Source: a virus
DNA length: 64,000 nt
Strand: one strand, 5' to 3'
IMG/VR virus record: IMGVR_UViG_3300045800_000023
Location: 1,839 to 65,838 of that record
The notes beneath the pieces were generated by a model. That model ran no database searches. It had not been told where the DNA came from and saw only the letters and a program-made list of their open reading frames with translations. Position 1 is the first letter of the stretch; each line of letters begins with the position of its first letter. Positions 1 through 8,957 of this stretch are shown here, one piece after another. The translations under genes and the position numbers were made by a program.

Positions 1-1
1 G

Positions 2-2461
2 ATGTCGGTGGCAATACTAGATGGTGCCACCGTTACTGAATACGGTGGTCCTGACGGTGGTCCTGTTGGTGGGTTTTTCCAGAGCAACTTTTTTCAGCCC
101 AGCTTTTTTCAAGTATTTTCCGGAAGTGGAACAACTTACACGGAAGGTCTTGCTGATTCCGTTACAGTATCAGATAGCGAAGTCACTGGGGTTGTAGCTT
201 CGGTTCCATTAGCCGATACCATAACGGTACTAGAATCGCTATCGGCTGGGTCAGGCGTCATATTCAACTCGGCTTTGGGAGAGACCGTTGGGGTTGCCGA
301 ATCAGGTACTGTCGGCGAAATCGCAAATATATCTAAAATCGAAACTGTTTCGATAGTTGAAAGTCTCGGGATTATAGCGCGCAATGCCGTTGGCATTAAC
401 GAATCGGTATCCCTATCAGACTCTGTAACGGGAACCATCCCTGGAACAACGGTAGCCCCTTCACTGGGGATGAACTCCTTTGCCATGAAGAGCGGGACGG
501 CAACCACAACGTTGTCAGCTCCAGCAATTACAACACAAGTATCAGGTGGCACTATGCTCGTTGCCGTTACGCGGGGGCAATGGAGCATGGCTCAAGCCCC
601 GACTGACAATAAAGGCAACGCCTACACAATTATCCAACCCCTCCAGACCTATCCAGACTACGTTGAATCTGGAGCAATTGTCTACGGCTGCATAAACGCT
701 ACTGGTGGAACTAACCACATTGTAACGGCGGGCAATGTTGGGGGTGATGAGTGCACAATGTTCGTCATTGCGGTGAACAATGCGAACGTAATCAACAATC
801 ACCAAGTTTTCGTAACCTCTAACACAACGCTCACGACCTTAAATTCTCCAAACGTCTCAACAACTGGGGCAGGAACAATCGCTGTTTTTTGTTTCCCTGG
901 AGGGGGAAACGGTCCTTCAACCTATTCCGCCAATAATGGATTTGCCGTGTTGGACCAGGCGGTCCCCGCTCCTTCCGGGTGGGTCCAAGGGGCCAGTGCG
1001 GCGCGGGACGTAGCTACGGCGGGTACGTACACCACTGCAATATCCTACGACGTAGCGCAAGATGGATTCATAATTGCCGTAGCTGTACAAAGCAGCCTTT
1101 CAAGCTATTCCGCGCCTTTGGCGGATTCGTTAACGTTGACTGACGCATGTAGCCTTTTGGTCAATTTCGCTCCAGGGGTAGCGGAACTTGTTTCTCTAAG
1201 CGAAAACACCAGTGGGGCAGCTACGTTTCTTCAAGGAACCCCCGAGACCTTAAACCTGTCAGAGTCTTCTTTTGTGTCCATGATGGTCCCGACTTCAATT
1301 TCAGACGCAATTACCTCGAATGAAGCGTCTGGGGTTTTGGCCAATTTCATCCAAGGTCCTGGGGAGGTAGTTAGCCTAACAGACCTTTTGTCGCCATACA
1401 GCATAATTCCTATCGGCATTTCTGATTCAGAATCGGAAGTGGAGTCGTTAGGGGTGGTCAGCGCCGCCTCGGTTCCTTTGAATGAGTCGGTCTCTGAAAT
1501 TGAATCCGTTAGCGTGTACTCTCAGATCTCCCAAGCTCTTGTCGATTCTGTAGCTGCTATCGAGGTAGTAGTAGCCGGGCTGTCTTACTCGGTACCTTTA
1601 ACCGACCTGGAAACATTTTCTGAATCAATATCCCCCAAACTCAACTTCATCTTAGGGGTAGCTGACAGTCTTGCCAATAGTGAGTCATTAGGCACCTCGA
1701 CCGTTTCCCCGATAACACTGCAAGAATCTATTGCTTCACTAGAGTCAATTCAGGCTGTTATTGTTGGGACGCTACTACTTGCTGCCTTAAGCGAGACCGT
1801 AAATACCAGTGAATCTGTAAGCAATGCCTTTGTAGGTCAGGCCGTATTGAACGAAACCCTGGCCCTTGTTGACTCACTGTCCTCGATCGCTTCTTTTATT
1901 GTTGGGGTGTCAGAGCCGGTGGCTTTAGCTGAGGCCTTGTTGGCTGGGCTTTCGTTTGGGGTTCCTGTAGCTGAAGGGGTAGCTGTTAGCGAAGCTGTAG
2001 GTGACCGAGGGATATTTGCTCCTTCCATTACTGACGCTATGCTTCTTAACGAAGGGGTTGTATCTGGGGTTCAGTTTGTAGTAAACGAGACCGATAGCGT
2101 CAACAGCTCAGAAAGTCTGTTAGCGTCAAGCATTATAACAATAGCTTTGTCTGAAGGCGAAACTTTTGCCGAAGCACTAGGCCTAATCTCCTCGATGCGG
2201 GTTCAATTGGCCGAGACCATTACTCCCGTAGAACAAGTCCAGATTGTTGCCAGGACCATTACAGCCGTAGCAGAAGCTTTAGACATTACAGAACGAGTCG
2301 CGGCCACCATAGTCGGGGCCGGTGGTTTTGGCGGACGTATTCTTGTCAATGGCGCCTGGAGAATTGTGGTCAGTGCTTCTATTCTTGTCAATGGCTCCTG
2401 GCGGCAAATATCATCTGGATATGTACAAAAGAGCGGGGCCTGGCGCTCGATTACAAGCTAG
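2..2461 (+). CDS. Repeat-rich virion/tail-associated protein (may extend upstream of the window)
   Basis: Many ~22-aa S/E/V/A-rich repeats (L-x-E-x-(V/L)-x-x-x-E-S); C-terminal triple (V/K)-(N/S)-G-x-W-R motif typical of phage fibre/decoration protein ends. Confidence 0.55.
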   Translation: MSVAILDGATVTEYGGPDGGPVGGFFQSNFFQPSFFQVFSGSGTTYTEGLADSVTVSDSEVTGVVASVPLADTITVLESLSAGSGVIFNSALGETVGVAESGTVGEIANISKIETVSIVESLGIIARNAVGINESVSLSDSVTGTIPGTTVAPSLGMNSFAMKSGTATTTLSAPAITTQVSGGTMLVAVTRGQWSMAQAPTDNKGNAYTIIQPLQTYPDYVESGAIVYGCINATGGTNHIVTAGNVGGDECTMFVIAVNNANVINNHQVFVTSNTTLTTLNSPNVSTTGAGTIAVFCFPGGGNGPSTYSANNGFAVLDQAVPAPSGWVQGASAARDVATAGTYTTAISYDVAQDGFIIAVAVQSSLSSYSAPLADSLTLTDACSLLVNFAPGVAELVSLSENTSGAATFLQGTPETLNLSESSFVSMMVPTSISDAITSNEASGVLANFIQGPGEVVSLTDLLSPYSIIPIGISDSESEVESLGVVSAASVPLNESVSEIESVSVYSQISQALVDSVAAIEVVVAGLSYSVPLTDLETFSESISPKLNFILGVADSLANSESLGTSTVSPITLQESIASLESIQAVIVGTLLLAALSETVNTSESVSNAFVGQAVLNETLALVDSLSSIASFIVGVSEPVALAEALLAGLSFGVPVAEGVAVSEAVGDRGIFAPSITDAMLLNEGVVSGVQFVVNETDSVNSSESLLASSIITIALSEGETFAEALGLISSMRVQLAETITPVEQVQIVARTITAVAEALDITERVAATIVGAGGFGGRILVNGAWRIVVSASILVNGSWRQISSGYVQKSGAWRSITS

Positions 2462-2957
2462 GTCTTTCGTCTAGGCACCCAAACCCTCCCATAGAGTAGT
2501 AAACGGGCTTAGAATCGCTCCTGGGGGCCAATAGAGCCATCACAGCAGCCAGGTGGACTTTCTTCTGGTTTGATTCACTTTCGTGGACTTCAAAATAGAA
2601 AATCACGGGGGTCTCAAACCTCTTTAACGTTTTGAGCCAATGGGAAGGCTGGGCTGGTTCGATAGTCAGCTCAGGGTGTCGTTCCATACGCCTCCTGGAT
2701 TTGTACGTAAGCTTAGGGGCGTAGTTTGGGTCTAGCCTAGCAGCAATCTCCTTGCGGAAGCTTTCGAGGCTTAAATCGCGTTTAGATTGGTTGCAATCGT
2801 AACACGCCGGGTTGAGGTTCTTGATTCCCCACGTACCACCCTTGGCTTCTGGGTTGATATGGTCTAACGTAAAAATGGCAGATGGCTCACCGCAGTAAGA
2901 ACATCTGCCATTGTATTTGTCGTATATTTTTTGTCGTTTGGTTGGGCCGGGTCTCAT
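2451..2957 (-). CDS. Free-standing HNH endonuclease
   Basis: CSYCG...TLDHINPEAKGG...NLNPACYDCNQSK, HNH/McrA-type signature. Confidence 0.85.
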   Translation of the reverse strand: MRPGPTKRQKIYDKYNGRCSYCGEPSAIFTLDHINPEAKGGTWGIKNLNPACYDCNQSKRDLSLESFRKEIAARLDPNYAPKLTYKSRRRMERHPELTIEPAQPSHWLKTLKRFETPVIFYFEVHESESNQKKVHLAAVMALLAPRSDSKPVYYSMGGFGCLDERPSL

Positions 2958-2964
2958 TCCCTTT

Positions 2965-2992
2965 AAGGTAACATATCTACACCCTCTGTCAA
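2965..2992 (-). promoter_or_regulatory. sigma70-like early promoter for the HNH gene
   Basis: TTGACA-16 nt-TACCTT with extended -10 TGn. Confidence 0.55.
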
Positions 2993-2994
2993 CA

Positions 2995-4044
2995 CTATTC
3001 TACCTTGCGACGGAACTTCTTGAACTTGGCACAGTGGGCGCCAACGAAGGGCCGATATCCTAGCTGCATTTGTTTAGTTGGACTATACAATTGGCCGATA
3101 GGACCGTAAACAGGCTCTTCCCCGTTAAAGCTGATAACCATTTCGTCAGTATCCGCAATATCTTCCAATTCTTTAAGGAACCGGTACTTCGTCTCAGGGG
3201 TCTTTTCGAGCTTAATTACCTCAAGTTCGTCTGCCCAGAACCAGCCCTGGACATACTTTTCTTTATCTTGCGGTGTGTCGTATTTGATAAGATAGGCCTT
3301 CTTGCCATTGATCCTCTTGAAGTTGTTGGCAAATCCAATAACCCCATAAAATCTAGAAGACTTATCTGACACGATAACTCTTAGGTAAGAGTAACGATGC
3401 TCCTTGACCTCAGGCTGTTCATACTTGTAATCGGCTGGGACCTTGCGGCGGAAAGAGAACTTTGACGATTCAAACATATAATCGTTCACAGCTTTACCAA
3501 GGAAACCGTTATGGCTTTGTAGCGGTACCCACCCCCTCTGCTTCTCAAAAAACCAGAAAAATTCATCCCCTTCTTTAAACTTTTCCCCGGCCTTAAGGGG
3601 CCGATACTTTTGGACCACTGGGGCCGGTGGGATTGCAACCGGTTGAATCAAGCGCTTGGCTTCAAGTGTCTTAATGCGTCGACGCTCGCATTTACCTGCC
3701 TCGTCGGCACGGTTTGCCTTGTTTCCAAGACAGTGTACAGGCATCAGCTCCCATTTGCCACGATAGAACCACTCGTCCCCTGATTCAAAGACCTCCCCCT
3801 CCTTGAGATAACGGTATTGGGGCTGTTCGACCTTGAGGGGGCGGCGGAAGGTTAGCTTGGCCGTATGTCGTTCAATACCCACCTTTTTTCCGACGGTGGT
3901 TAAACATGTGGACCACCATGGGCAGGCCACGAGGGTTCCCAACTCGTCAGTAAAAACAAAACTATCCCCCTTCTTGACAATTTCTCCTTTGCTGAGGTAA
4001 CGGTAGCCTGGGTCACACTTTGGTCGGTCGATCTTTTTGCTCAT
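2995..4044 (-). CDS. Early protein with four YRxLxxGE..GDE..RR modules and one SH3/KOW-like domain
   Basis: ORF track; start moved to ATG 4044 (AAGGAG RBS); the module recurs in four other genes. Confidence 0.75.
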   Translation of the reverse strand: MSKKIDRPKCDPGYRYLSKGEIVKKGDSFVFTDELGTLVACPWWSTCLTTVGKKVGIERHTAKLTFRRPLKVEQPQYRYLKEGEVFESGDEWFYRGKWELMPVHCLGNKANRADEAGKCERRRIKTLEAKRLIQPVAIPPAPVVQKYRPLKAGEKFKEGDEFFWFFEKQRGWVPLQSHNGFLGKAVNDYMFESSKFSFRRKVPADYKYEQPEVKEHRYSYLRVIVSDKSSRFYGVIGFANNFKRINGKKAYLIKYDTPQDKEKYVQGWFWADELEVIKLEKTPETKYRFLKELEDIADTDEMVISFNGEEPVYGPIGQLYSPTKQMQLGYRPFVGAHCAKFKKFRRKVE

Positions 4045-4070
4045 GGTGTCTCCTTTGTGAAGTTTCAAGA

Positions 4071-4140
4071 ATGGTACTACTTTTCAAAAGTTTGTCAATT
4101 GTTATTTTTATGTTGACTTTTTAACACAACGATATATAAT
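4071..4140. promoter_or_regulatory. Divergent sigma70-like promoter pair
   Basis: + strand TTGACT(4113)-16-TATAAT(4135); - strand TTGACA(4098)-16-TACCAT(4076). Confidence 0.7.
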
Positions 4141-4148
4141 GATAGGTT

Positions 4149-4364
4149 ATGAAGATTGTTAAAGTTGGCCCATATGTGTCAAAAGGGGTTTTGGAGTGGT
4201 GGGAAAAGCCTTTGTATTCTTGGCCTATTGTGTCAATTACCCGTTGGTGGAACTATAGACGCCTTGGTCACAATCTTGAAAAAGCATTTCAAAAAAGCGT
4301 AGCAGAAGTTACACGAACAGGCAAGAACATTGAACAACTGAATGAGGAAAGAAATGAAAACTAA
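4149..4364 (+). CDS. Hypothetical protein
   Basis: ORF directly after the promoter; overlaps the next gene. Confidence 0.6.
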   Translation: MKIVKVGPYVSKGVLEWWEKPLYSWPIVSITRWWNYRRLGHNLEKAFQKSVAEVTRTGKNIEQLNEERNEN

Positions 4365-4746
4365 ACAAATTCCATATGTCTGCCCAGTGTGTCATGGAAG
4401 CGGGAACGGTCCCCTGACTGACGGAACCTCAACCCTACCACCAAAATGCAAGGCCTGCGGTGGAGCTTGCGTTTTATGGGGCACCGAAACAGACGACACT
4501 ATCGACCTTAGCAAGACATTTCCTCAGCCCACCCTAGCGCCTGTAGAGAATCCTTGGACAATAAACCCATATGAGCCCTATGTGCCACTTTCCCCTTATT
4601 GGTGGCAAGGACTTTACTATGGAGATCCTGTTTGGAAGCCTAGTGTTACTTGGTGCGCTACGAACACCCCAGTTTTGAAAAATCGCTCCAAGGTAATCAA
4701 ACAAGAAGACTACCCCCAGTACGATTTGAGCAACTTCGGATATTAA
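4354..4746 (+). CDS. Hypothetical protein with DnaJ-like Zn finger
   Basis: CPVCHGSG...CKACGG; ATG 4354 after GAGGA. Confidence 0.6.
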   Translation: MKTKQIPYVCPVCHGSGNGPLTDGTSTLPPKCKACGGACVLWGTETDDTIDLSKTFPQPTLAPVENPWTINPYEPYVPLSPYWWQGLYYGDPVWKPSVTWCATNTPVLKNRSKVIKQEDYPQYDLSNFGY

Positions 4747-5037
4747 ATGGCCGAAAAGATTGTCCAAATAATGCCCTGCCAGCCAGAGGTAAGGATAGCT
4801 ATGTATGATTCTGGAAACGTTTCATTACATAAGCCTACATGTCTGGCTTTAGTCGAACGTGGCGCCATCCAAGAGGTCGTCTACCTAGAAATGGTTGACA
4901 ATACAATCGAACAGGTAGATACTGCTAGTAAATTGTTTTTGGGCTTTGTAGAGGAAGAGGATTTTGCCTCGATAAGCGCCCTAGAACAAGTTGCCCAAAC
5001 CAGATATCAAAAGGAACAGAGTGTCAAACCAAAGTAA
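4747..5037 (+). CDS. Hypothetical protein
   Basis: ORF abutting both neighbours. Confidence 0.6.
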   Translation: MAEKIVQIMPCQPEVRIAMYDSGNVSLHKPTCLALVERGAIQEVVYLEMVDNTIEQVDTASKLFLGFVEEEDFASISALEQVAQTRYQKEQSVKPK

Positions 5038-5362
5038 TAATTTTTGCACCCCACCAGAGTTAATCCAACCAATCAAGGAATTCTGGGGAGGAAAGATAGA
5101 CTTAGACCCATGTAGCAACAGAAACAGTTTAGTTAAGGCTGAGACTGAGACTGAGACTGAGTGGGCACTACCTACTGACAGCTTAAGGCAACCTTGGGCC
5201 ATTAAACAACCCGTAACTACCGTTTTCGTCAATCCTCCTTATGGGCCTTATTGGTTGTCAAGCGATGGCAGGACTTGTCTGTCACCTAAGGAGTACGGGG
5301 CACACTTTGAAAGCCCAGCTCCTCTAGGCAATGGGAATGTGTCGAGTGTGGGATGCTTGTAA
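5021..5362 (+). pseudogene. Phage Dam-like N6-adenine DNA methyltransferase, truncated after the catalytic motif
   Basis: TPPEL...IDLDPCSN...DSLRQPW...FVNPPYG; stop soon after NPPY; GTG 5021 with AAGGA RBS. Confidence 0.6.
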
Positions 5363-5483
5363 TCGGGTTTGGCTTAGAACCACCAGACGGATGCGCCAAT
5401 TGTAATAGTCAACCTCGTCTAATGGAAGTGGTTAAAATTTCGCAGGCATCTGGTCTCAGAACCATTACCGCCAGGTGGAAACT

Positions 5484-5771
5484 ATGAAATATTATCACAT
5501 TGCGTTCAACACACCGTTGGGGCCTGGTACCTACTTCTACCGGGGCGAGAGTCATCCGTTCATGCCAAAAGAGTACGATGAAAGAACGTCGAAGTTAGCT
5601 AATAGTTTGAGTATCCAATATGCTAAACAAATCAGCCCTACTTCAATTATTTATATGTCTGTTATTGAGCTGCCCATTGACGTAGCTAGGGCCAGGTGGC
5701 CAGAGGATTTTAAAAGGCCAGAACCCCTATATAACAATATTCTTCCTCCGATTCATTCTGCGGTGGGATAA
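5484..5771 (+). CDS. Hypothetical protein
   Basis: ORF; ATG 5484 overlaps an upstream TGA (ATGA). Confidence 0.6.
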   Translation: MKYYHIAFNTPLGPGTYFYRGESHPFMPKEYDERTSKLANSLSIQYAKQISPTSIIYMSVIELPIDVARARWPEDFKRPEPLYNNILPPIHSAVG

Positions 5772-5987
5772 TGAAAATACTATCCAAAGGTCTACCCTTG
5801 TAGAGAGTGCGGCCTGTTGCGGTCTCTCCCAAGTATTGCAGCCAATTGTAAACATGAAGTCTGGTCTAAGAAATTTAATTCGCCGCCGCGTGGATTTCCT
5901 CCCAAGATGCCTAAAATCGTTTCTGGTAAGTATTATCTGTCTCCGGTAAAGCTTTAGTATCTGTCGGGTACCAATCTTCCCAGTACG

Positions 5988-6551
5988 ATGACCGGTGAAG
6001 TACAGGACGAATTTGATCAAAGCGTAACGAAACCTCTTCCTAGGAAGGTGGTTGGCAGCGCATTAGGGCGGTTCTGGCCTGATATGCTTTTGCCGCTCCG
6101 CGTCTTGTATTCGCCACTTCTAAGGCTTCGGTTCCGCTCTACGTTTGCTTGTTGTGCCCATCAGGTCAACTTGGCTTGCGGTAGGATGATTCTAAGTGAC
6201 CCTGAAGAGGCCCAGAATCGTTTTGCGGTGGAAGTGGAACAGTTCAATCTTGTTCCACCTTTAGGAATCGTCTACGTTCAAGACTCCCAATGGCGTAAGG
6301 CTACGGTCGGCGCTGTGCAGTTGTTTGAGGACGAACAGGGCGTCTTAGCTTCTGCTATTGTTAGACTTCCTGAGTCAGAAACGACGCCTCACCTAACGCT
6401 CGGAGTTACGATTCATGAAATCTGCCATCTCCTTGGGCTTACCCATAATGACGATCCTGGTTCGGTGATGTACTCTACCCCAAGCGTCAGACCTCAGATA
6501 CTTTCCGATTATGACGCAGGAGTTCTAAAGAGGATCTACGGCAAGCATTAA
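5988..6551 (+). CDS. Metzincin (matrixin-like) zinc metalloprotease
   Basis: HEICHLLGLTH plus Met-turn SVMYS; preceded by late motif CAATCTT at 5972. Confidence 0.75.
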   Translation: MTGEVQDEFDQSVTKPLPRKVVGSALGRFWPDMLLPLRVLYSPLLRLRFRSTFACCAHQVNLACGRMILSDPEEAQNRFAVEVEQFNLVPPLGIVYVQDSQWRKATVGAVQLFEDEQGVLASAIVRLPESETTPHLTLGVTIHEICHLLGLTHNDDPGSVMYSTPSVRPQILSDYDAGVLKRIYGKH

Positions 6552-6573
6552 TCTTTAGGCAGTAGGACTTGAC

Positions 6574-7065
6574 ATGACGCCGCCACGTACAGCTATTCCT
6601 CTTGGGCCAATTGATGATGAAGAGTCCGGGGCAATACTTGTAACCGATACGATAAGGAGGCTAGGTAGATTGGAAGACCAAAATAGCCAAATCCTACCCG
6701 TGTTGAGCAACGTGGCTGAAGCTGTTAAAAATCTAACAGAGACGGTACAGGACATTAAGGTTAGCGTCAAAGACATAGGTTGCGATTTTAACGCATTTAG
6801 ACTTGAAACGTCACCCTACAGTGGCAGATTGTTGTCTTTGGAGAATTTCCAGAACCGCCACGACACAAAGAACCTGGACGATATTGAAAAGGCCCGGCTA
6901 AAAGCCGAAGCCATCCTCGAAAAGGACCGCATTGAAGCCGTTGCTGTCCTGGAGACTAAGCGCAGGGAACGGGTTGAAAAACGCAACCGAATCCTCACTT
7001 TAGTCGGAACTGTCTTTGCGGGTGTTATTACGGCCTACGTTCTGGGACTATTAGGCTTGAAGTAG
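6574..7065 (+). CDS. Coiled-coil protein with C-terminal TM anchor (holin-associated/XhlA-like)
   Basis: Coiled coil then ILTLVGTVFAGVITAYVLGLLG. Confidence 0.5.
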   Translation: MTPPRTAIPLGPIDDEESGAILVTDTIRRLGRLEDQNSQILPVLSNVAEAVKNLTETVQDIKVSVKDIGCDFNAFRLETSPYSGRLLSLENFQNRHDTKNLDDIEKARLKAEAILEKDRIEAVAVLETKRRERVEKRNRILTLVGTVFAGVITAYVLGLLGLK

Positions 7066-7078
7066 CAATCTTCCTTGT

Positions 7079-7402
7079 ATGGATAAACATTCGATTGCGG
7101 TTGATGGCGGTTTTCTTAGCCGTAAACTAGTTTTTGCTGTATTTATTGCAATTCTTATCCTTGTAGCTTCCAAATTGTGTCCTGGAGCTGGGCTTGGAGA
7201 GGTCGTAACAGGCCTGGTTGCTGTTTGTGGTCTTTACTTAACTGGCAATACGGTTGTTAAATGGCGTGCTGGCAATATCGAACAAGCCAAAACAGGTCTT
7301 CCCGGAGCCCTTGGTAAGGCAGTAGACAAGGCAGTAGAGATTGCCGAAAAGAAATCAGAAGAAGCTCCAGAAGTCAAGCCCGAAGACGACGAAAGAGGTT
7401 AA
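7079..7402 (+). CDS. Holin-like two-TM protein
   Basis: Two hydrophobic segments, charged C-terminus, SRK motif before TM1; CAATCTT-N6-ATG. Confidence 0.5.
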   Translation: MDKHSIAVDGGFLSRKLVFAVFIAILILVASKLCPGAGLGEVVTGLVAVCGLYLTGNTVVKWRAGNIEQAKTGLPGALGKAVDKAVEIAEKKSEEAPEVKPEDDERG

Positions 7403-7403
7403 A

Positions 7404-8096
7404 ATGACCGATCAAGACAAATTCGACAAGTCTGTGGCTTTAGTCAAGAAATTCTCGCCTGATTTCAATGTCAAGTACAAAACGGGGTCAAAACTGCACC
7501 AAGCAATCGGTTGGATTCTAGGCAAGCTGGGGAATCCTTTGTACAACACGTCATACGTTACCACACTGGGTCAAACAACCTATCTCCCAAGCTCCTGCGA
7601 TCAAGGCGTTACCCCTAATCTATGGCAAGTAATTTTACACGAGGGCATGCACGCAAAAGACGCCAAAGCCATCGGGATTATTCCATTTAGCGCAGCTTAC
7701 CTTATGCCCCAGTTCCTAGGTATCCTCGGTGTCTTCTATACCCTCGTGGTTGGGCTTGGCTGCTTGTTTGGCTGGCCCTTGGCTCTTCTTTGGGGCTGTA
7801 CCTCTCTTGTGTTTCTAGCGCCTCTCCCAGCGTTTGGCAGGGCCTATGCTGAGATCCGTGGGTACACCGTGTCAATTGCTGTTTCTTATTGGGCCGGTAC
7901 CCTTGGGGACGAACAATCCTATTTGGATTGGCTTGTAGATGTTTTTAGTGGTGGTGCTTACTATTTTATGTGGCCAGCAAAAAAATGGGTAAGGTCATAC
8001 TTCGAACAAAAGCTCCAGGAGCTAAAGACCGGCCAGTTCCAGCTGGACGCTTACCTGGCCGCTTGCAAGGTGTTAGCTAAGGAACTGTCGGCTTAG
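7404..8096 (+). CDS. Membrane protein with HExxH putative zinc-peptidase motif
   Basis: VILHEGMH...AEIRGY, internal TM hairpin; ATG 7404 after GAGG. Confidence 0.55.
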   Translation: MTDQDKFDKSVALVKKFSPDFNVKYKTGSKLHQAIGWILGKLGNPLYNTSYVTTLGQTTYLPSSCDQGVTPNLWQVILHEGMHAKDAKAIGIIPFSAAYLMPQFLGILGVFYTLVVGLGCLFGWPLALLWGCTSLVFLAPLPAFGRAYAEIRGYTVSIAVSYWAGTLGDEQSYLDWLVDVFSGGAYYFMWPAKKWVRSYFEQKLQELKTGQFQLDAYLAACKVLAKELSA

Positions 8097-8868
8097 GCAA
8101 GGTAACGTCCACTGGTCTCGCCACTGGTCTCGCCACTGGTCTCGCCACTGGTCTCGCCACTGGTCTCGCCACTGGTCTCGCCACTGGTCGGTTGTACTGG
8201 TTCAGCCAGTTGATGTAATCCGGGTCTTGCTCAGTAGCTTTTTCGAGTCCCCCAGCCAACAGGTCAGCAACAATCTGGTTTCCCAGGTTCTTGCTTTCCC
8301 ATGAATTCAAGTCCAGCTTCTTACACACCTTCCCTAGGCGTGCCAGGGAATGTAGCGGCCAGCGATGTCCAGGGGAATAAAAGGTGTTCTGTACTGCCAT
8401 GGCGGCGATGAAGTCAGGGTGTACAAAAGCAACAGCTCTTGCTTTACCGAATGAGTCAATCGAAATAGACGCTGCCACCTTGCAATGCGCAAAATCAAAT
8501 CCACTTGTCAGCTCCTCGATGTTGCAAACGGGAGATTGACACAGCTGTACTTTGATGCCGTTGACCAGTTCTTCACAGTAGTTCTTGCCCTTCAGCTTGC
8601 CCCTGATGTATGTATAATACGGCTCAACGTCCCAGGGGCTGGGCCAGATATCGATATCATTAAGCGGGCCTCTAATTAGAGCCCCTCCAGCTACAGTGAA
8701 CCTTACAACGCCAACTGTCTTTCTCATGAACTGGATAATCGGCTCTGTAACCTCCAGAGCCCTCTTTACAATTTGCCCCTCCACGTAAGGCTTGACCCAG
8801 TCCATCCCAGACCGGTCAGGCGTTTCTTTGCATGGGGAGGAATTGATGTAGTCGCCTTCTCGGTACAT
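8077..8868 (-). CDS. Pol-beta-superfamily nucleotidyltransferase (CCA/poly(A)-polymerase head-like)
   Basis: AGGALIR...NDIDIW and FDFAHCKVA motifs. Confidence 0.6.
   Translation of the reverse strand: MYREGDYINSSPCKETPDRSGMDWVKPYVEGQIVKRALEVTEPIIQFMRKTVGVVRFTVAGGALIRGPLNDIDIWPSPWDVEPYYTYIRGKLKGKNYCEELVNGIKVQLCQSPVCNIEELTSGFDFAHCKVAASISIDSFGKARAVAFVHPDFIAAMAVQNTFYSPGHRWPLHSLARLGKVCKKLDLNSWESKNLGNQIVADLLAGGLEKATEQDPDYINWLNQYNRPVARPVARPVARPVARPVARPVARPVDVTLPKPTVP
8109..8189. repeat. 12-bp tandem repeat (CCACTGGTCTCG) x6 plus a partial unit, encoding (RPVA)n
   Basis: Read directly; perfect units with no spacers. Confidence 0.95.
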
Positions 8869-8957
8869 TAGTTCAGCACCGTGTAGATGACCCAGGGAGC
8901 GATTGCCCAGGCTAGAGGGGCCAGGGCGAGGGCCAAGAGAATGGTAATTATTGACAT
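8868..8957 (-). CDS. 29-aa hydrophobic membrane peptide (not in ORF track)
   Basis: MSIITILLALALAPLAWAIAPWVIYTVLN; AAGGAGG RBS; TAATG coupling to the next gene. Confidence 0.65.
   Translation of the reverse strand: MSIITILLALALAPLAWAIAPWVIYTVLN

Noticed and set aside
5138-5161. (GAGACT)n as a phase-variation switch for the methyltransferase
   Set aside because: Hexamer units preserve the frame, so they cannot switch the gene on or off
8109-8189. CRISPR-like repeat array
   Set aside because: The 12-bp units are contiguous with no spacers and lie in frame within a CDS; no cas genes are present
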